The notes beneath the pieces were generated by a model, which was not told where the DNA came from, did no database searches, and saw only the letters and a program-made list of their open reading frames with translations. This document shows positions 36,891 to 50,700 of a stretch of 64,000 bases of DNA, piece by piece; position 1 is the stretch's first letter, and each line of letters begins with the position of its first letter. Source of the DNA: Octopus sinensis (lineage: Eukaryota); NCBI RefSeq assembly GCF_006345805.1, contig NC_043003.1, forward strand, positions 24,800,001-24,864,000, in the 5' to 3' direction. A program made the position numbers and the translations under genes.

Positions 36891-38985
36891 TTTTAAACCA
36901 GTTCCCTCTGCAGCAGTATCATCAGTGTGATGGGAATTGTAGAGTACTCTAAGAAATTAGATGAAATATGTTTCAATGGATTTAGTCGTTTGTCCATCTT
37001 ATATATTTTAAATTTAATTAATGGTCATCGTTTTTACGTTGTTTTTTTTCCCGCGATGGTATGGGTAGGATGTAACATTTTGAGACACTATCTTACGGCT
37101 TGATCTTCTTACTGACCTAATTTTCAAGCAAGGTACTACGAGACGTTTTGTTTATGTTGGACATAAACATCACTAATACAAGCCATGTCAAAGCGAAGAC
37201 ATACACACGACAGCCTTCAGTACAAATTTCACTCACAAATCATTGCTCAATCCGAGGTTATAATAGAAAATATTCGCTGAAGGAGTCACGAAGTGGGATC
37301 GAACTTGAAACCTCGTGACAGTGAAGCGAGCTTCATACTCAATTAGCATCATGAATGACTAGAAATAATCCGTTATTACATTTACAACTTTTGCATCTTC
37401 CATTATCATTTCGTTTATAATTTCCATTATAACTTCGTTTTTTGTCAAATGCTAAATCGATTATTGTACTTACAATATCGGTCCTTCATGGGTAAAAGGC
37501 AAACGAGAAGCCACCTGGTCGCGAAAAATCAACAAACATTTCTAAAGCGTCTGTGTTAACCCCCACCTCTCATTACAATAGACGTTCGAAATTAAAGTTT
37601 GATTGTTTCTAAAAAGCACAATGGTTTGCAGGGCCACTGCCCAACAAACATAGGTACCTACTCCCCAGGTAAGTAACGTGACCACAACTAACTTCCCGGA
37701 ACTAATACATGCGTTTCAACTCAGCTACATGCGACTTTCTTAAGTGTAAAGTAACCAGCACAAGTTTTTAGGCAGAGACCCTCGCAATACATTTCTCGCA
37801 ATACATTTCACAACTCCCAAATGATATAAACACTAGTTGTAAATAGGTACAGTAAATAGTGGTGGCCCTATCTGACGAGTGCTTTTTAAAATTTGCCATA
37901 CTTTAAACCACGTCAACCCTCTGGAAGAGAAATAACTAACTGCATTATTGATTTGCCCTTAAGAGGTTTCAAGTGACCCCTTTAACTTAATGAGTTACGG
38001 AATTGTCCTGCCACGAAATGAAATGAATGTAATATGATATAAACTCATGGCTATTGTTAAAGTAGTTATCCGATTTATAGTTAGATAAAAACACATTTAT
38101 ATAAATGAACAAACATATTGGGTTTATTTTTGTAACTTTTTCATTATCATAGCCAACGTTTCCGACAGTCGCAAAAGTGTTGGCAATGTTTACCTGACAA
38201 TCAAATACCATGCCTTATTTATTCGTCTTTCGCACCAATTCTCATTAGAATTATGGATGCATCATATGAAAAGTATTTTAGTATAAAATGTTGTTTTTGT
38301 GGTAAAATATTTCGTGGCGATCCAAAAGGTCAAGGCTAGGGTAAGAAAGGCCAGCCCATATTTCGTTTGAGAATAGCGATCACCTCTGCGGATAAAAATG
38401 AACTAAGTTTATTTGATAAATCCATCAACAATAAAGGATAAATTGGAGGCAGCAAAAAACTAAATAATAGTATCTAGATGAATGAACGAGTTATATAAGT
38501 GGAAGAGGACGATCCATTCTGCATAAATATATGTATATACACACACACACCATAGGTCAAAGTTATTGCATAATTACAGAAGTAAACAAGAAAGCATTTA
38601 AAAAAGTAGCATGGATTTACAAATACATACGTGCATCAAACTTTCTATAATCTGGAACAGTTCAGATTAATAAATAACCACACTATTTCTCTTAATATAG
38701 GTTACATCATCAAATATATTTGTATACATACCACGTTGAAAATAGTTTAATACACGAAAATCAACTTCTCTCTTTTTCTTGGCCTTGACTAATTTTTGAT
38801 GATGCTCGAACTTGTTACTAATTTCAGTGTATATATATATGTAGATGAAAAACAGGAAGTAGAGATAAATAAACCACAATTATATTAATTAAAACTTGAA
38901 ATCATTGTTATTAATTATTAAAAGCAAACATGACACTAAGTCGAAATGTTGTCGTGTTGAGTTATAAATAATTTTACACATTTTG

Positions 38986-39062
38986 ATTGGTTGATTCTGT
39001 CAACGGTTAACGCTTCCGCTTATTTGATTGGTCAATTTCTCAATACGCACTGACATGCGCGC
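38986..39062. promoter_or_regulatory. Core-promoter motif cluster: two ATTGG (CCAAT) boxes, CTTCCG (ETS-like) and CATGCGCGC (NRF1-like)
   Basis: gattgg at 38985-38990 and 39026-39031, cttccg at 39013, catgcgcgc at 39054-39062. Factor assignments are inference. Confidence 0.5.
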
Positions 39063-39099
39063 TAAATTCAACTTCACCAAATGAAACTTACCTTTTATT

Positions 39100-39223
39100 T
39101 ACCAAAACATTTTAAAATGGATAATGTCACATTATAATTGTTTTAACATGGTATGTCTAATTCTTCCGCTGTTTTAAGCACATGACGAAATAACAACACC
39201 ATCAGATTATTTTTATATCATAG
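39100..39223 (+). other. Probable non-coding first exon of MTFR (5' boundary unknown)
   Basis: Strong donor tag|gtaagt at 39224 inside the CpG-retaining region. Splicing to 44673 puts an in-frame TAA (39175) upstream of the ATG at 44678. Confidence 0.5.
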
Positions 39224-42200
39224 GTAAGTAACTAAGTGCTGGTATGTAATCGCTATTTTCGTGCACGTGTTTAAACTCTTATTTAATCCTTTAATATGCA
39301 GTACGTTCTGGGTTCAATCCCCGCCGAAATTAACTTTGCATTTCAATGTTCTGGGGGTCGATAAAATAAAGTACCGGTCAAGAGCTGGGTCGATAGCATC
39401 GACTAACACTCTCCTCTGAAAATTGCTAACCCTGTGCATATCTTTTAAATGACTTTATGACACTTCGTTGGTCTAATTGTTTCCGTTTTCAGAACACGGT
39501 CAAAATACCTTAATGTTTTTGGGGGTTTCTTTAAGCGAACCTAGATCCTTTATGGTATTTAGTTCGAGTAATATTCAGTATCTAAGAAAAGTGTTGATAG
39601 CTTGAGGCATCAACAATTGACATGATGGCAAGTTCAAGATGAATTTAATGTCCGTGAGGTACGAAAAAAATGTTTATATATTTAGTTCGAATCGACATAC
39701 TTAGTTTCTCAGTTTAAAATTTCTCCTCAACATAAGATAATGTAATCGTAGCTACAAAATGCCTGAAAATAACATGGGATGGTCTTGTCTGGAAAGTCTT
39801 TGATCCTAGGTTAGTTTGATTAGGGTCTACGCAGACTTTTCTTTTGAACTTAATGAAAGTAGTTTTGACATTTACAAAGTAACTGATATTAGAAACATTT
39901 GATAAGATCTATATATATATATATATAAATTAGAGATAAAACCACTATTATGCAACTCAAACATTGATAGACATAAACCAATACATATATAACAAATAAT
40001 ATATATTTTTATAAAACATATAACTTATAACTAGATCTTAAAAAGTATATATATATGTGTGTGTGTGTGTGTGTTTTTTTTTTTTAGAAAACTGAATTTA
40101 GAAAGTGTTAAAACAAATTTATTTGGATTAAACATAATAAAGACTTTTCTTTTTCTTAATTCTGTTGAAACTGAAATTAATCATTTATATGTGTTTAGTT
40201 ATTTTGTATATGTTTTTGTTATATTTTGGATGTATTGAATTATAGATTAACTAAACGTACAAATTATAAATAAGAAAATACTCAAAAACTATAACTCAAT
40301 GCACAAAATATGTAACTCGAAACACCATATAACTCAACCAAACAACCATTAGATATAACTTTTTTAAACACAGACAAAATATAACTAAATTACGTTACTG
40401 TGGTAAACTCTAGTTTCCCCAAAATTTGATAAAACAATATGAAGAATTTTACTATGCTTCGAAAGGAAGTCGCAGAACGACTAGTCTTCATGGAAAATTA
40501 ATTAAAACGATCAGACCCTGTGAACGGAAATTCTCACAGGAAAAAATGTCAAATTTTGAAGTCGTTTATTAACTGACAATAAAATGACTTGTACACATAA
40601 TAAGGTTTTTATGATGACCGCGTCTTAGGTTCGACCCTTAATTGAACCGAACGTAAAGCGCTGTCACGGAATTTATTCTACCTAGAAGTAGTATGTTCTA
40701 CGTTAATGTTGGAAATATAGATATTAGGAATAAGGACACTCCTATTGTCCGGCAGGTTGAGGTTGAAAATATGTGAGCAGACATTCTCTTCATTGGAGAA
40801 TGCCGTATCCCTGCGTACTCCTACCCATTTCCTTTTCTGTTTTTAAATAAAATTCATGATGTTATTCGATGGAGTTTAAACAGTCGTTGATTTCGTTATT
40901 ATTTTCATAACCGAGCTGGCAGAATTATTAGTATGTCGAATAGAATACTTTGTGATATTTCATTCGGCTTTTTTTAATGTTCTGAGTTCAAATAACATCG
41001 AGGTCGACTTTGCTTTTCATCCTTCCAGGGTCCATAATATCAGTTCCAATTGAGCTTTGGTATCGATGTAATCAACTAACCGACAATGTCAGGCAATACC
41101 TATAAGGCGAAGTTTCGAAATAGCTATCCAGTAATGGGGCCGGAATTAGGACTGAGTGATAAAAATGTGGAAAAAATATTGAAATTTGGGGGATAAACTT
41201 CTTTCGCAGTCATAATCTGTGCCATTTATTGATAAATTAGTCAATTAGAACTTAGTTAAATATAAGTTGCATTTCTCAAAGGGTTTTTTTTTTAATGAAG
41301 CTGCGTATTCAGGTGTTTAGCCTCTCAATTGCTACGAAAAGCACAAATTAAAATTGATTTCAGTATTATATCTCATGGCGGTATTAGTATTGATTGTGCT
41401 CTACATCAATTGAAGGAATGACCTGGTACGCAAATATTAGTGTATATTGTTTGTTTTTGAACCGTATAAATATATTTTCTTTATATTTGTAATAAAAATT
41501 TGTGATTTCATTCACTACTTGACCTTTCTTTGCCAAACTTTCTGTCTTCTCTCCATGCTCTGACCACTATTAGAGTGGGCATTAAAGGCTGAAGAATGGT
41601 AATTTTTGTGGAGAAGTGACCTATCTATTTGCCATTGCCAGTGGATATAAGAGTTAAGTATATGCTCACATCCAAATCTCTAGGATCAAGGCCTGGATTA
41701 ATACTTTTCTTTTATCGTCCATTGGCAAATAATTGTAGATGTGGCTTGCAATTTGTTTAGGCACCTAGACTCTCCCAAGATGCAACCGAAATATATCTTT
41801 CATTTAAGACAATAAGTTCTAATTTGAGTAAGATTCAACTGCTGTTTCTAACAGATTGAGTGACATGTACGAGATCACTTGTTGATTTTGTACATGTTCA
41901 ACTGACATACATCAGTGGGATGCAGATCCCTTCATGTCACCTACCTATACCCATTTCCAAGCAAGGTAATATTTCCCTGTGGTCAGATATTTCCAATGGA
42001 GATTGGCAACAAATGACATCATTTGTATACAGTGGGCTAAAATGGGCCATTTCATGGGCATTCACAATCAGCTTAATATTTTGGAAAATAAAAGCTATTA
42101 AAATAATTCAAGTGTATGTTTTCCTAAGCAAAATTTATCAAAGAATCTGTTTTTAAATTCTAAACAGATGAGTTTTCAAGTGATTTTGACTTATGATGAC

Positions 42201-42312
42201 TGTTACATCAGGTGTCGATATAAGATTTAAGATTATAGCACTAATTACAGCAATAATTCTTTTAAGTCAATATCAGTAACCACACTGTATTTGTATGTTG
42301 AACTTAGTACAA

Positions 42313-42776
42313 AATAATAATAATGAAATTATTGTATACAGTGCTCAGGTGCTCCACAACTTGTCAAAAGTGCGTATAAAGCATATGCAGTAATGTACAA
42401 ATGTCTGGGAAGTGAACAGTGTATGAGTCAGATACATGTTTGCATATGTATGGAGGGAAGAAAATCAGGTGTAGTGTTGGCGAATCTCAGGAAGCATGGA
42501 AGTTTTGAAGGATGCAGTGCTCCGACAACTAACAACTGATGCCGGCAGTCTGTTCCATGCTTCAGCAACTCTTAGCATGAAAAAATGTTTCCTGAAGTCA
42601 TGGGGTGTTAGACAGGTGGAGTTTGAAAAGGTGCTCAGAGTTATTGTTTGTAAGATGGTTAATAATTTTACGGGTGTCTGCCAAGTCAGCTGCCAGACGT
42701 TGGAGTTTCAATGTGTCCATGCCCAGGGAAGTAAGGCCATCAGAATATGGCAGATGCCTGATGGAGGGTATTCTCT
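42313..42776 (-). mobile_element. CR1-clade LINE 3' fragment, copy 2
   Basis: Minus-strand [33 protein letters not shown] resembles the CR1 RT C-terminus (YEERL...SLE.RRLRGDL); (ATT)n tail. Confidence 0.8.
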
Positions 42777-43355
42777 CATATACATTATGAGCTTTACACA
42801 GTTTCATGTTTACTAACAACTGAACGGAATTAAGATTGTCATAACTGTTTCCATATAATATGTAGAAGGAAACCAGTCTGTTTCAGTTGGGGCTGGAAGA
42901 CTATCATAAAATCATACAATCTGCTTGAACCAATCTATCACACAAGATCAATCAAAATGCAAGCCTTGTTGACCTGATCTGCAATGATCCTGAAGCTAAT
43001 GCAGAAAGGAGAAAAGGATGGCCTTATTGCAAAACATGTTGTATACAGAACATTTGACCCTTTACTACTACCATAAAGATATGACAGAAACTGCAATTAA
43101 TGACAATGAAAGCTTGTTTCATTATTCAACATCTGAATGGTTATAGTAATATTATTGCTGAACTCAGTGTTTTCGTTCTGTGGATGTTTTGGTTGGGTAT
43201 GGATGGTATTTTTCTAAAAAGTAGGCTTTCTAGCTACATATTTAGGAATGTTCAAATATTTTTGCTGCAGAGCTTGTATTTAAGTTAGAATATTTCTTTT
43301 CTGTAAAACTGCTTCTTTGAATTAAAAGTGATTGTTTCATACACACCTTATACCT

Positions 43356-43584
43356 ATTTCTTTATTACCCACTAGGGGCTAAACACAGAGCGGACAAACA
43401 AGGACAGACATAGGTATTAAGTCGATTACATCGACCCCAGTGCATAACTGGTACTTAATTTATCGACCCCGAAAAGATGAAAGGCAAAGTCGACCTCGGC
43501 GGAATTTGAGCTCACAACGTAACGCAGACGAAATACTGCTAAGCATTTCGCCCGGTGTGCTAACGTTTCTGCCAGCTCGCCGCC
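43356..43584 (-). mobile_element. Young SINE, same family (another copy at about 47708-47915, many older copies at 9.9-56 kb)
   Basis: Sequence identity with the 56814 and 58533 copies; ttataccta flanking duplication. Confidence 0.8.
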
Positions 43585-44677
43585 TTTATTATACCTACCT
43601 ACCTACCTACCTGCTTGGGCAGGGGATATATGTGCAACATCCATTCCATCAGGTTTCTGGAAGTTTGTTTGTGAATTTTTGAAATTTAAATTTCCGTGTC
43701 ATACAACTCAAAACACAGTATTATGCATGTAAAGTATCCGCATGTCATTGGTCTACTGCTAGTCTCATGACTTGAACGTAACCTAAAATAGCTAAGATAA
43801 TGCACGGGACGGCGAGCATGTGCACCTCAAGAGATAAAGTACACGATAGCGTACGTAAACATATGTCAGCCACTAAAAAGTCTGTGATAGATGTAGGGCA
43901 GCTCTACATCATATGTTTATGTTAACTGTGGGTAGACAAGCAAAAGTGTGATCGCATATTTGCATCAACCATTGTCAAGGGATTAAAACCTATATTTTTC
44001 TGAAAGCTTTCATTGTAAGTTTCAGAATAATACCTGGTTTAGTACTAGAATTTGCTTGGTTTTCAAGTTATTTTTACATTTGCATCAAATATTGTTCATA
44101 ATAATGTACAATTTTCTTGATTTCTCAGTAGATTTTCCCACAACCCTCCCCCAAAAAATCTCTTAAACCTAAAAAAAAAAAATAAATAAAAAAAAACCCT
44201 GCAAACATTAAAATTGACTTGTTTTAGGCTGTAAGTATGAAATTATTGGCAGTTATGAGGCTTAAAACAAATTTTTGTTAAGAACAGCAACCAAATATTT
44301 TTTTTCCTGAATTCTCAATTCATTTTAAAGTTATTATTTTCAAAGTTTCCTACTTTTAATTAAACTTGAATGATCATAAAATAATTGTTAGATAAAGATG
44401 AAAGCATAAGGTTTCTTTCCTTTTGCTGAACAGCATATTTATTCTTGTTTTTGGTAAGTTTAAACATTTACCCATTAGGAAGACTTGATCTTTTTTGCTT
44501 ATGCCACCCAGTAGCATTGTACAATAATAACACTCAAGGCAGGGAGACACAATCCTACCACCTCCAACACATACATATACATTCATGTATTGCACACACA
44601 CCCACAAAGGACTCCTTTCTTCAATGATTCATTGCAATAATCTGGTTTTATTTATTATTTTTTTCTTTCCAGCAATA

Positions 44678-44743
44678 ATGTTCCTCGCTTTTGGTAGCTT
44701 CGTGTTCGGCTGGCTCTATGGCGTTGCAAGCCAACAGAATACT
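44678..44743 (+). CDS. MTFR1: MTFR coding exon 1 (MFLAFGSFVFGWLYGVASQQNT)
   Basis: ttttctttccag|caataATG ... act|gtgagt; exon starts at 44673. Confidence 0.78.
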
Positions 44744-47700
44744 GTGAGTTCTAATTTTAATCTTTATTTGTTTTAAAGGGAATTGTATAATTGTGTATGT
44801 CAGCATGGAAGGGTTGATCTAAGAATAGTTCCAAATTTTCTGTGACCTAGGTACATAATTTTTAGTAGCATCATAAAAATTTAGTAGTCCTCGGTTAGTT
44901 ATCTCCCTTGACAATTGTGCAGTTCTTTTCTGAATTATAACCTATATATGTATATATATATTTATTATCTATCTCCCCTACATTTTATCTGCTTCTTTTT
45001 TACTGTCTTTACATTCATAAATTGAAATGGCATATGTTTAATATATATAGATACTGCCCCGTCTTTGCTGGGCAATTTTTACAATAGAATGTCTTATATA
45101 AATCTTTGTTTATTCTATGTCAGACTATGCCTTCCCTGACACATAGGCCTCTTGATCAGGAGAGATTTGTGCAATTTTTCGCAAAAAAACTTTGTTGAGG
45201 ATTTTTCCCTTTTTAAATTCTTTACATGTTTCAACCATTTCACATGAATTTATTCATTAAAACTTATTAAAACTTCAGAACTTTTTACAACTTTGGTCGT
45301 CGCAATGGTTTGCTTTCATCATCATCGTCATTTAACATCCAATTTCTATGCTGGCATGGGTTGGACGGTTTGAGACTGGCAAGCCAGAAGGCTGTATCAG
45401 GATCCAATCTAATCTGGTATGGTTTCTACAGCTGGATGCCCTTCTTAATGTCAACCACTCAGAGAGTCCCTTTTACATGCCACCGGAAAGCGATACTGGC
45501 ATCGACCATACTTGAATGGTGTTTTTTATGTGTCACCGACACAGGTGCTAGTCAGGCAGCACTGGCAACAACCATGCTCGAATGGTGCTTTTTATGTGCC
45601 ACCAGCATGGGACCTGTCAGGTGGCACTGGCAAGGGCCACTCTCGATTGGTGCTTTTCATGTGCCACCATCATGGGTGCCAGTTAGGTGGTACTGGCATC
45701 AGCCACAACAATGACTTCACTTGACTCAACAGGTCTTCGCACGCACAGTTTATTGCCCAATGGGCCAGTTATGCTGCACTGGCATGGACCAAGGTTACAT
45801 TCCCACTTGGCTTCTGGGTTTTCTCAAGCACAGCATATCTCCAAAGGTTTTGGTCACTCATCATTGCCTCCATGAGGCCCAATGTTCAATGGTTACCTTT
45901 CACCACCTCATCCCATGTCTTCCTGGGTCTACTTCTTCTACAGGTACCTCTACTGCTAGGGTGTAACACTTTTTCACACAGCTGCCCTCATCCACACACA
46001 ACACATGACCATACCAGTGCAGTCATCTCTCTTGCGCACCACATCTGATGCTTCTTATGTCCAACATTTCTTTCAGAGCACTTACATTCTGTCATGTATC
46101 TATGCACACTGATATTACATATCCAGTGGATCATACTAGCTTCATTTCTTGCAAGCTTGTGCATGTACTCAGCAGTCGTGGCCCATGTTTCACTGCCATG
46201 TAGCATAGCTGTTTGTACACATGCATCATACAGTCTACCTTTTACTCTGTGCAAGAGGCCCTTTGTCACCAGCAGAGGTAGGAGCTCTCTGAACTTTGTC
46301 CAAGCTATTCTTATTCTAGCAGCTACATTCCCAGAGCATCTGCCCCTGTTACTGACTAGGTCACCTAGGTAACAGAAGCTATTAACTACTTCTAGATTTT
46401 TTCCCCGGCATGTGACAGAAGCTGTTTTCTGCACACTTTCAGTGTTTATTGCCCTGTGCATTTGTCACACACAAAAACTATCTTCCCATTAGCCTTCCTT
46501 TGATATTGCTGCACTACTTATGTGTCCATAGCTTACACCAGGTACATCTTACAGAGTTTCTACCTATGCTTTTTCTACAGATCAAGCAAGGCCATCTACC
46601 TGAAGGAATTTGTGATTTGTCTGCCTTCCTACTTATTAAGACTTTGATTTTTGCTAGGTTGACTCTAAGGCCCTTCAATTCTAGATCTTGCTTCCAGACC
46701 TGAAACTTCTAGTTTTGATAGTGACTCAGCTATTAGAGCAAGGCCATCAGCATAGAGAAGCTCCCAGGGGCATCCTGTCTTGACTTCTTCTGTTATTGCC
46801 TGGAGGACTGTGATGAATAAGAGGGGGCTGAGGACTGATCCTTGGTGGAGCCCTACCCCTACCCGGAATTCTTCACTATACTCGTTGCCAACCCTCACCT
46901 TACTGACAACATCCCTGTACATGGCTTGCACAGCTCTCACTAATCACTCATCTATCCCTAGTTTCCGCATTGACCACTAGATAAGGGGTTGGGGGACCCT
47001 GTTAAAGGCTTTCTCCATGTCAACGGAAGCCAAGTACAGAGGTTTATCTTTGATTAGCTATTCCTCCTGCAGTTGCCTTCCCAGAAATATAGCATCAGTG
47101 GTGCTTTTCCCTGGCAAAAACACAAACTGCATCTCATCTAAACTAATTCTCACCCTAATTAATTGGTCTGTGACCCTTTTTATGACTTTCATTCCCTGAT
47201 TCAACAACTTGATACTTCTGTAATTATTCGTATCTACTGTATCACCTTTACCTTACACCCACACACACACTATGCCACCACATTTCCCTCACAATAACAC
47301 TCTTTATTTTATCAGATACAATCTTCTCATTTTATCAAATAATAACCCAATGCACTAAGGGCCCATTATAGATTTTTATTGAAATCCAATTATCCTATGA
47401 ATTGAACTGGATGTTAGTTTAACATGTATGCAAAATTTTGTCATGATTGGTTCATTGGTGTAGGCAGCAAGATGGTAACGGACAGAAATTGCCATTTATG
47501 TATAAGATATCCTGTATATGACTTCAAACTGCATCCAGTAGTGAGGTCTGAGTCGGGGAGTTCTAGGATTTTGAGAAGTGTGGAGCCACCTCTTAGCTGC
47601 TGTTGTTGCCAGGTCTGCTCTGATTCAAAGTAGTAGCATCTGTTAGGGTCCCAGCTATGGTTTAATTAGCATATTAGGGCTTGCCTGCTTACACATGTGA

Positions 47701-50700
47701 AGATTATGTTTCTTTATTACCCACAAGGGGACAAACAAGGACAGACAAACAGATTAAGTCGATTACATCGACCCCAGTGCGTAGCTGGTACTTAATTTAT
47801 CGACCCCGAAAGGATGAAAGGCAAAGTCGACCTCGGCGGAATTTGAACTCAGATTGTAATAAAAGACAAAATATGGCTATGCATTTCGCCCAGCATGCTA
47901 ATGATCCAACAGACTCTGCAGAAGACACATTTACAGTTCAATAGAGAGGAAGGTGGTTGCAGCATTGCGATATGGAGTGCAGAGAGTAAAATGGGGGAAG
48001 TAAGACATTTTGGTCATCCATCCACTGCATCTGTCTCCATCTCCTGTTGTCTTGACTTAGTCTTGCCACTGAATTGAAGATAATCATGGATGAGAGTGAG
48101 GTTAACTGTTGGTGCACAACTCTTCTGCACTTTCACCCTTCAGCATCTAAACTTGCCAGATCCTGCTTCTCACACCTATTCTACAATGTCATTCTAAAAA
48201 TAAACAATCACAACTTAAAAATCTCAAAGCTACAAGATACTACATGATTAATTTTAAAAATGTGAATAAATAGGTGCAGGTGTGGCTGTGTGGTAAGAAG
48301 CTTGCTTCCCAACCACATGGTTCCAGATTCAGTCCCACGGCATGGCACCTTGGGCAAGTGTCTTCTACTATAGCCTCAAGTTGACCAAAGTCTTGTGAGT
48401 GGATTTGGTAGACGGAAACTGAAAGAAGCTTGTATATATATTATGTGTGTTTGTTCCCCTACCATTGCTTGATAACCACTGTTGGTGTCTTTAAGTCCCC
48501 ATAACTTAGTGGTTCGGCAAAAGACTGATAGAATAAGTACTAGGTTTATAAAGAATAATTCCTGGGGTTGATTTGTTCGACTAGAAGGCAGCGCTCCAGC
48601 ATGGCCACTGTTAAATGACTGAAACAAAAGAATAAATAATACATTTGACAAAGTGATTTAAATGCTAAGGAGTTAAGCAAAGTCACTGTTTTTCAGCTGT
48701 GGGAGCAGTATTCCATTGTGGGCCTCATTTGAGCTTTTGTAAAGCATCAGTAGGCTGTTGAGAGCTGAATATATTCTCGTCCTGAAGAGAAAGTCTTTTC
48801 TTTGTGAAGTAGTTTTAGCTATGCTAAGAATGTGCTTTTCTCCAGCAGAGATCCTCGGTGGTAGTGAGGGTCAACATTTAGCGGTTTCTAACTGAGTACT
48901 GCTCATGTATGGAGTGGGTGTGGTGCAATGTGTATGGAGCAAGTGTGGTGCGGGGTTGTCTCAGCAGTGTTATAGCTGGGAAAATCAATACACTGGACCA
49001 GATAGTATTTATTTGACAGTAAACCACAGCATACATAGATCAGAATTAGGGGTCCCTGGGTATTACCCAGTGTGCTTGTGCCCTAAGGCAGCCCAGTTGG
49101 CATGTCCCCAACTGAGGCTGCTCTCAAGATCTCTGTTTATGGAGTCGATGAAAGCATGGTGTGTGGATGATGGATGGTTAAGGAGGAATGAAAAATGTGT
49201 CATATGCATAAGAATGGGTGTTGGTGGAAGTGGAAGCAAGTAGGTCATTGATGTGTTGAGATCTATAATAGTTAGAATGAGGAATTAGTTAGCGTAAATA
49301 TTAAGTCGTAATACAGTTTCATAATTAAAGAAATACATTTCATTAATAAGTTAAAGAACGTGAAGAAAGAGAAAATAATTACTACATTATTTTATTATGT
49401 ACATATAGCATTTTTAATATTTATAATACAATTTGAAGTAAAGTAATTTTGTTGTAGAGAATTACGACTTAATATTTTAGCTAATTCCGCATTCTAACTA
49501 TTATAGATCTCAACAATTCAAACAAGTCTTGTTGGATTTTTCATAGACATGGCATAAAAAAATAATCAATATCTCAAAGGAGTGAGTGTCGTGGAGTTTG
49601 GCTACATCCCACAAACACTAAAGTTTTTCCCAAAATCCAGGGTTTTTATAACTGCCCAACTTGACTTTAAAGAATTGAAATCACATAAAAATATTCTTTA
49701 ACTAATTTTTAGAATTCCTATATGAGCTGTTATTTCAACCAATGGGAAAACGACAATCATATTTCTTCAGCAGTACGACATTATGTCATATTGCCAGCTA
49801 CCACAAATTGGTGCTACTATTTGAAAATGGCTACATGCTACAAGAGTAAGAGACAAAACCAAAAACACACAGGAATCACCAGAACTGATTGAGAGTGGAG
49901 GGGAAAAAAGGTTCTGACAGTGCATGTTTGCAATGATAAAAGCTGATAGGAAGTTTCTGATCTGAGAGATGGAGTCCATAAGGGAGAAGTTTTAAAGAGG
50001 AATTTGCATACTAGACACAGTCAAAGGCTTAGCTGATGTCTAGAGCAAAACTATTGCTGAACTTCTCTATGACGAGTGAGCTCCCATTGAAACTGGTTGC
50101 GTGATTAAGAAGCTCAGTTCCCACCTACTTAATTTTGAGTTCAGTTCCACTGCATGGCACTTTGGTCAAGTGTGTGTCTCCTACTCTAGCCCTGGCCCTG
50201 TGTGTAGCTTCTGTAGCTAGAAACTGAAAGAAGCCCATCTTTGTATGTGTTTCTGTGTGTAAATTTGTATTTGTTGGTTATAAACAAATGGGCCTTGCCA
50301 GTGGTGTTTGCTTGCAGTCCACCATAAAAGCAATATCCAGCTTTCTTGATATGTGGTGACATGTTGCACAGTCTTTATATATGACACCATTCATATGATG
50401 TCTTTTGTTTCCTCTTCTTCCTTGTGGCCATATCTGAGCTGTTTGTTGCTGAGTGCAAGTTGGCATCAGCAAGAGCATCCAGCCATAGAAAACTCTGCTC
50501 CCATGTATTCTCATCTGACCTATGAAAGTATTGAAAAATAGACATTAAAACAATGATCATGCTTCTTCACCACCACTATCACCACTACCACCACCATCAT
50601 CATTATCATTATTTTCACCTCTCTACTTTGATTTGTTTTTACAGTTTACTTCTCTGGTCAAAAGAGTGTTCAGTTCTTTATCCACCTCAAAAAAAGTGAA

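Larger units (their letters stand above)
37030..41350. promoter_or_regulatory. CpG-retaining divergent promoter region shared by ARMC1 and MTFR
   Basis: Non-repeat sequence here visibly keeps many CG dinucleotides while the flanking gene bodies are CG-depleted (judged by eye, not computed). It lies between the two 5' ends. Confidence 0.65.

Noticed and set aside
40611-40780. C/D-box snoRNA starting at ATGATGA
   Set aside because: No CTGA D box or terminal stem at a suitable distance.
45310-45966. Several 60-134 aa ORFs (likewise 3084, 31447, 51164, 51306, 57667)
   Set aside because: They are open frames across RTE 3'-end repeats present in many copies.
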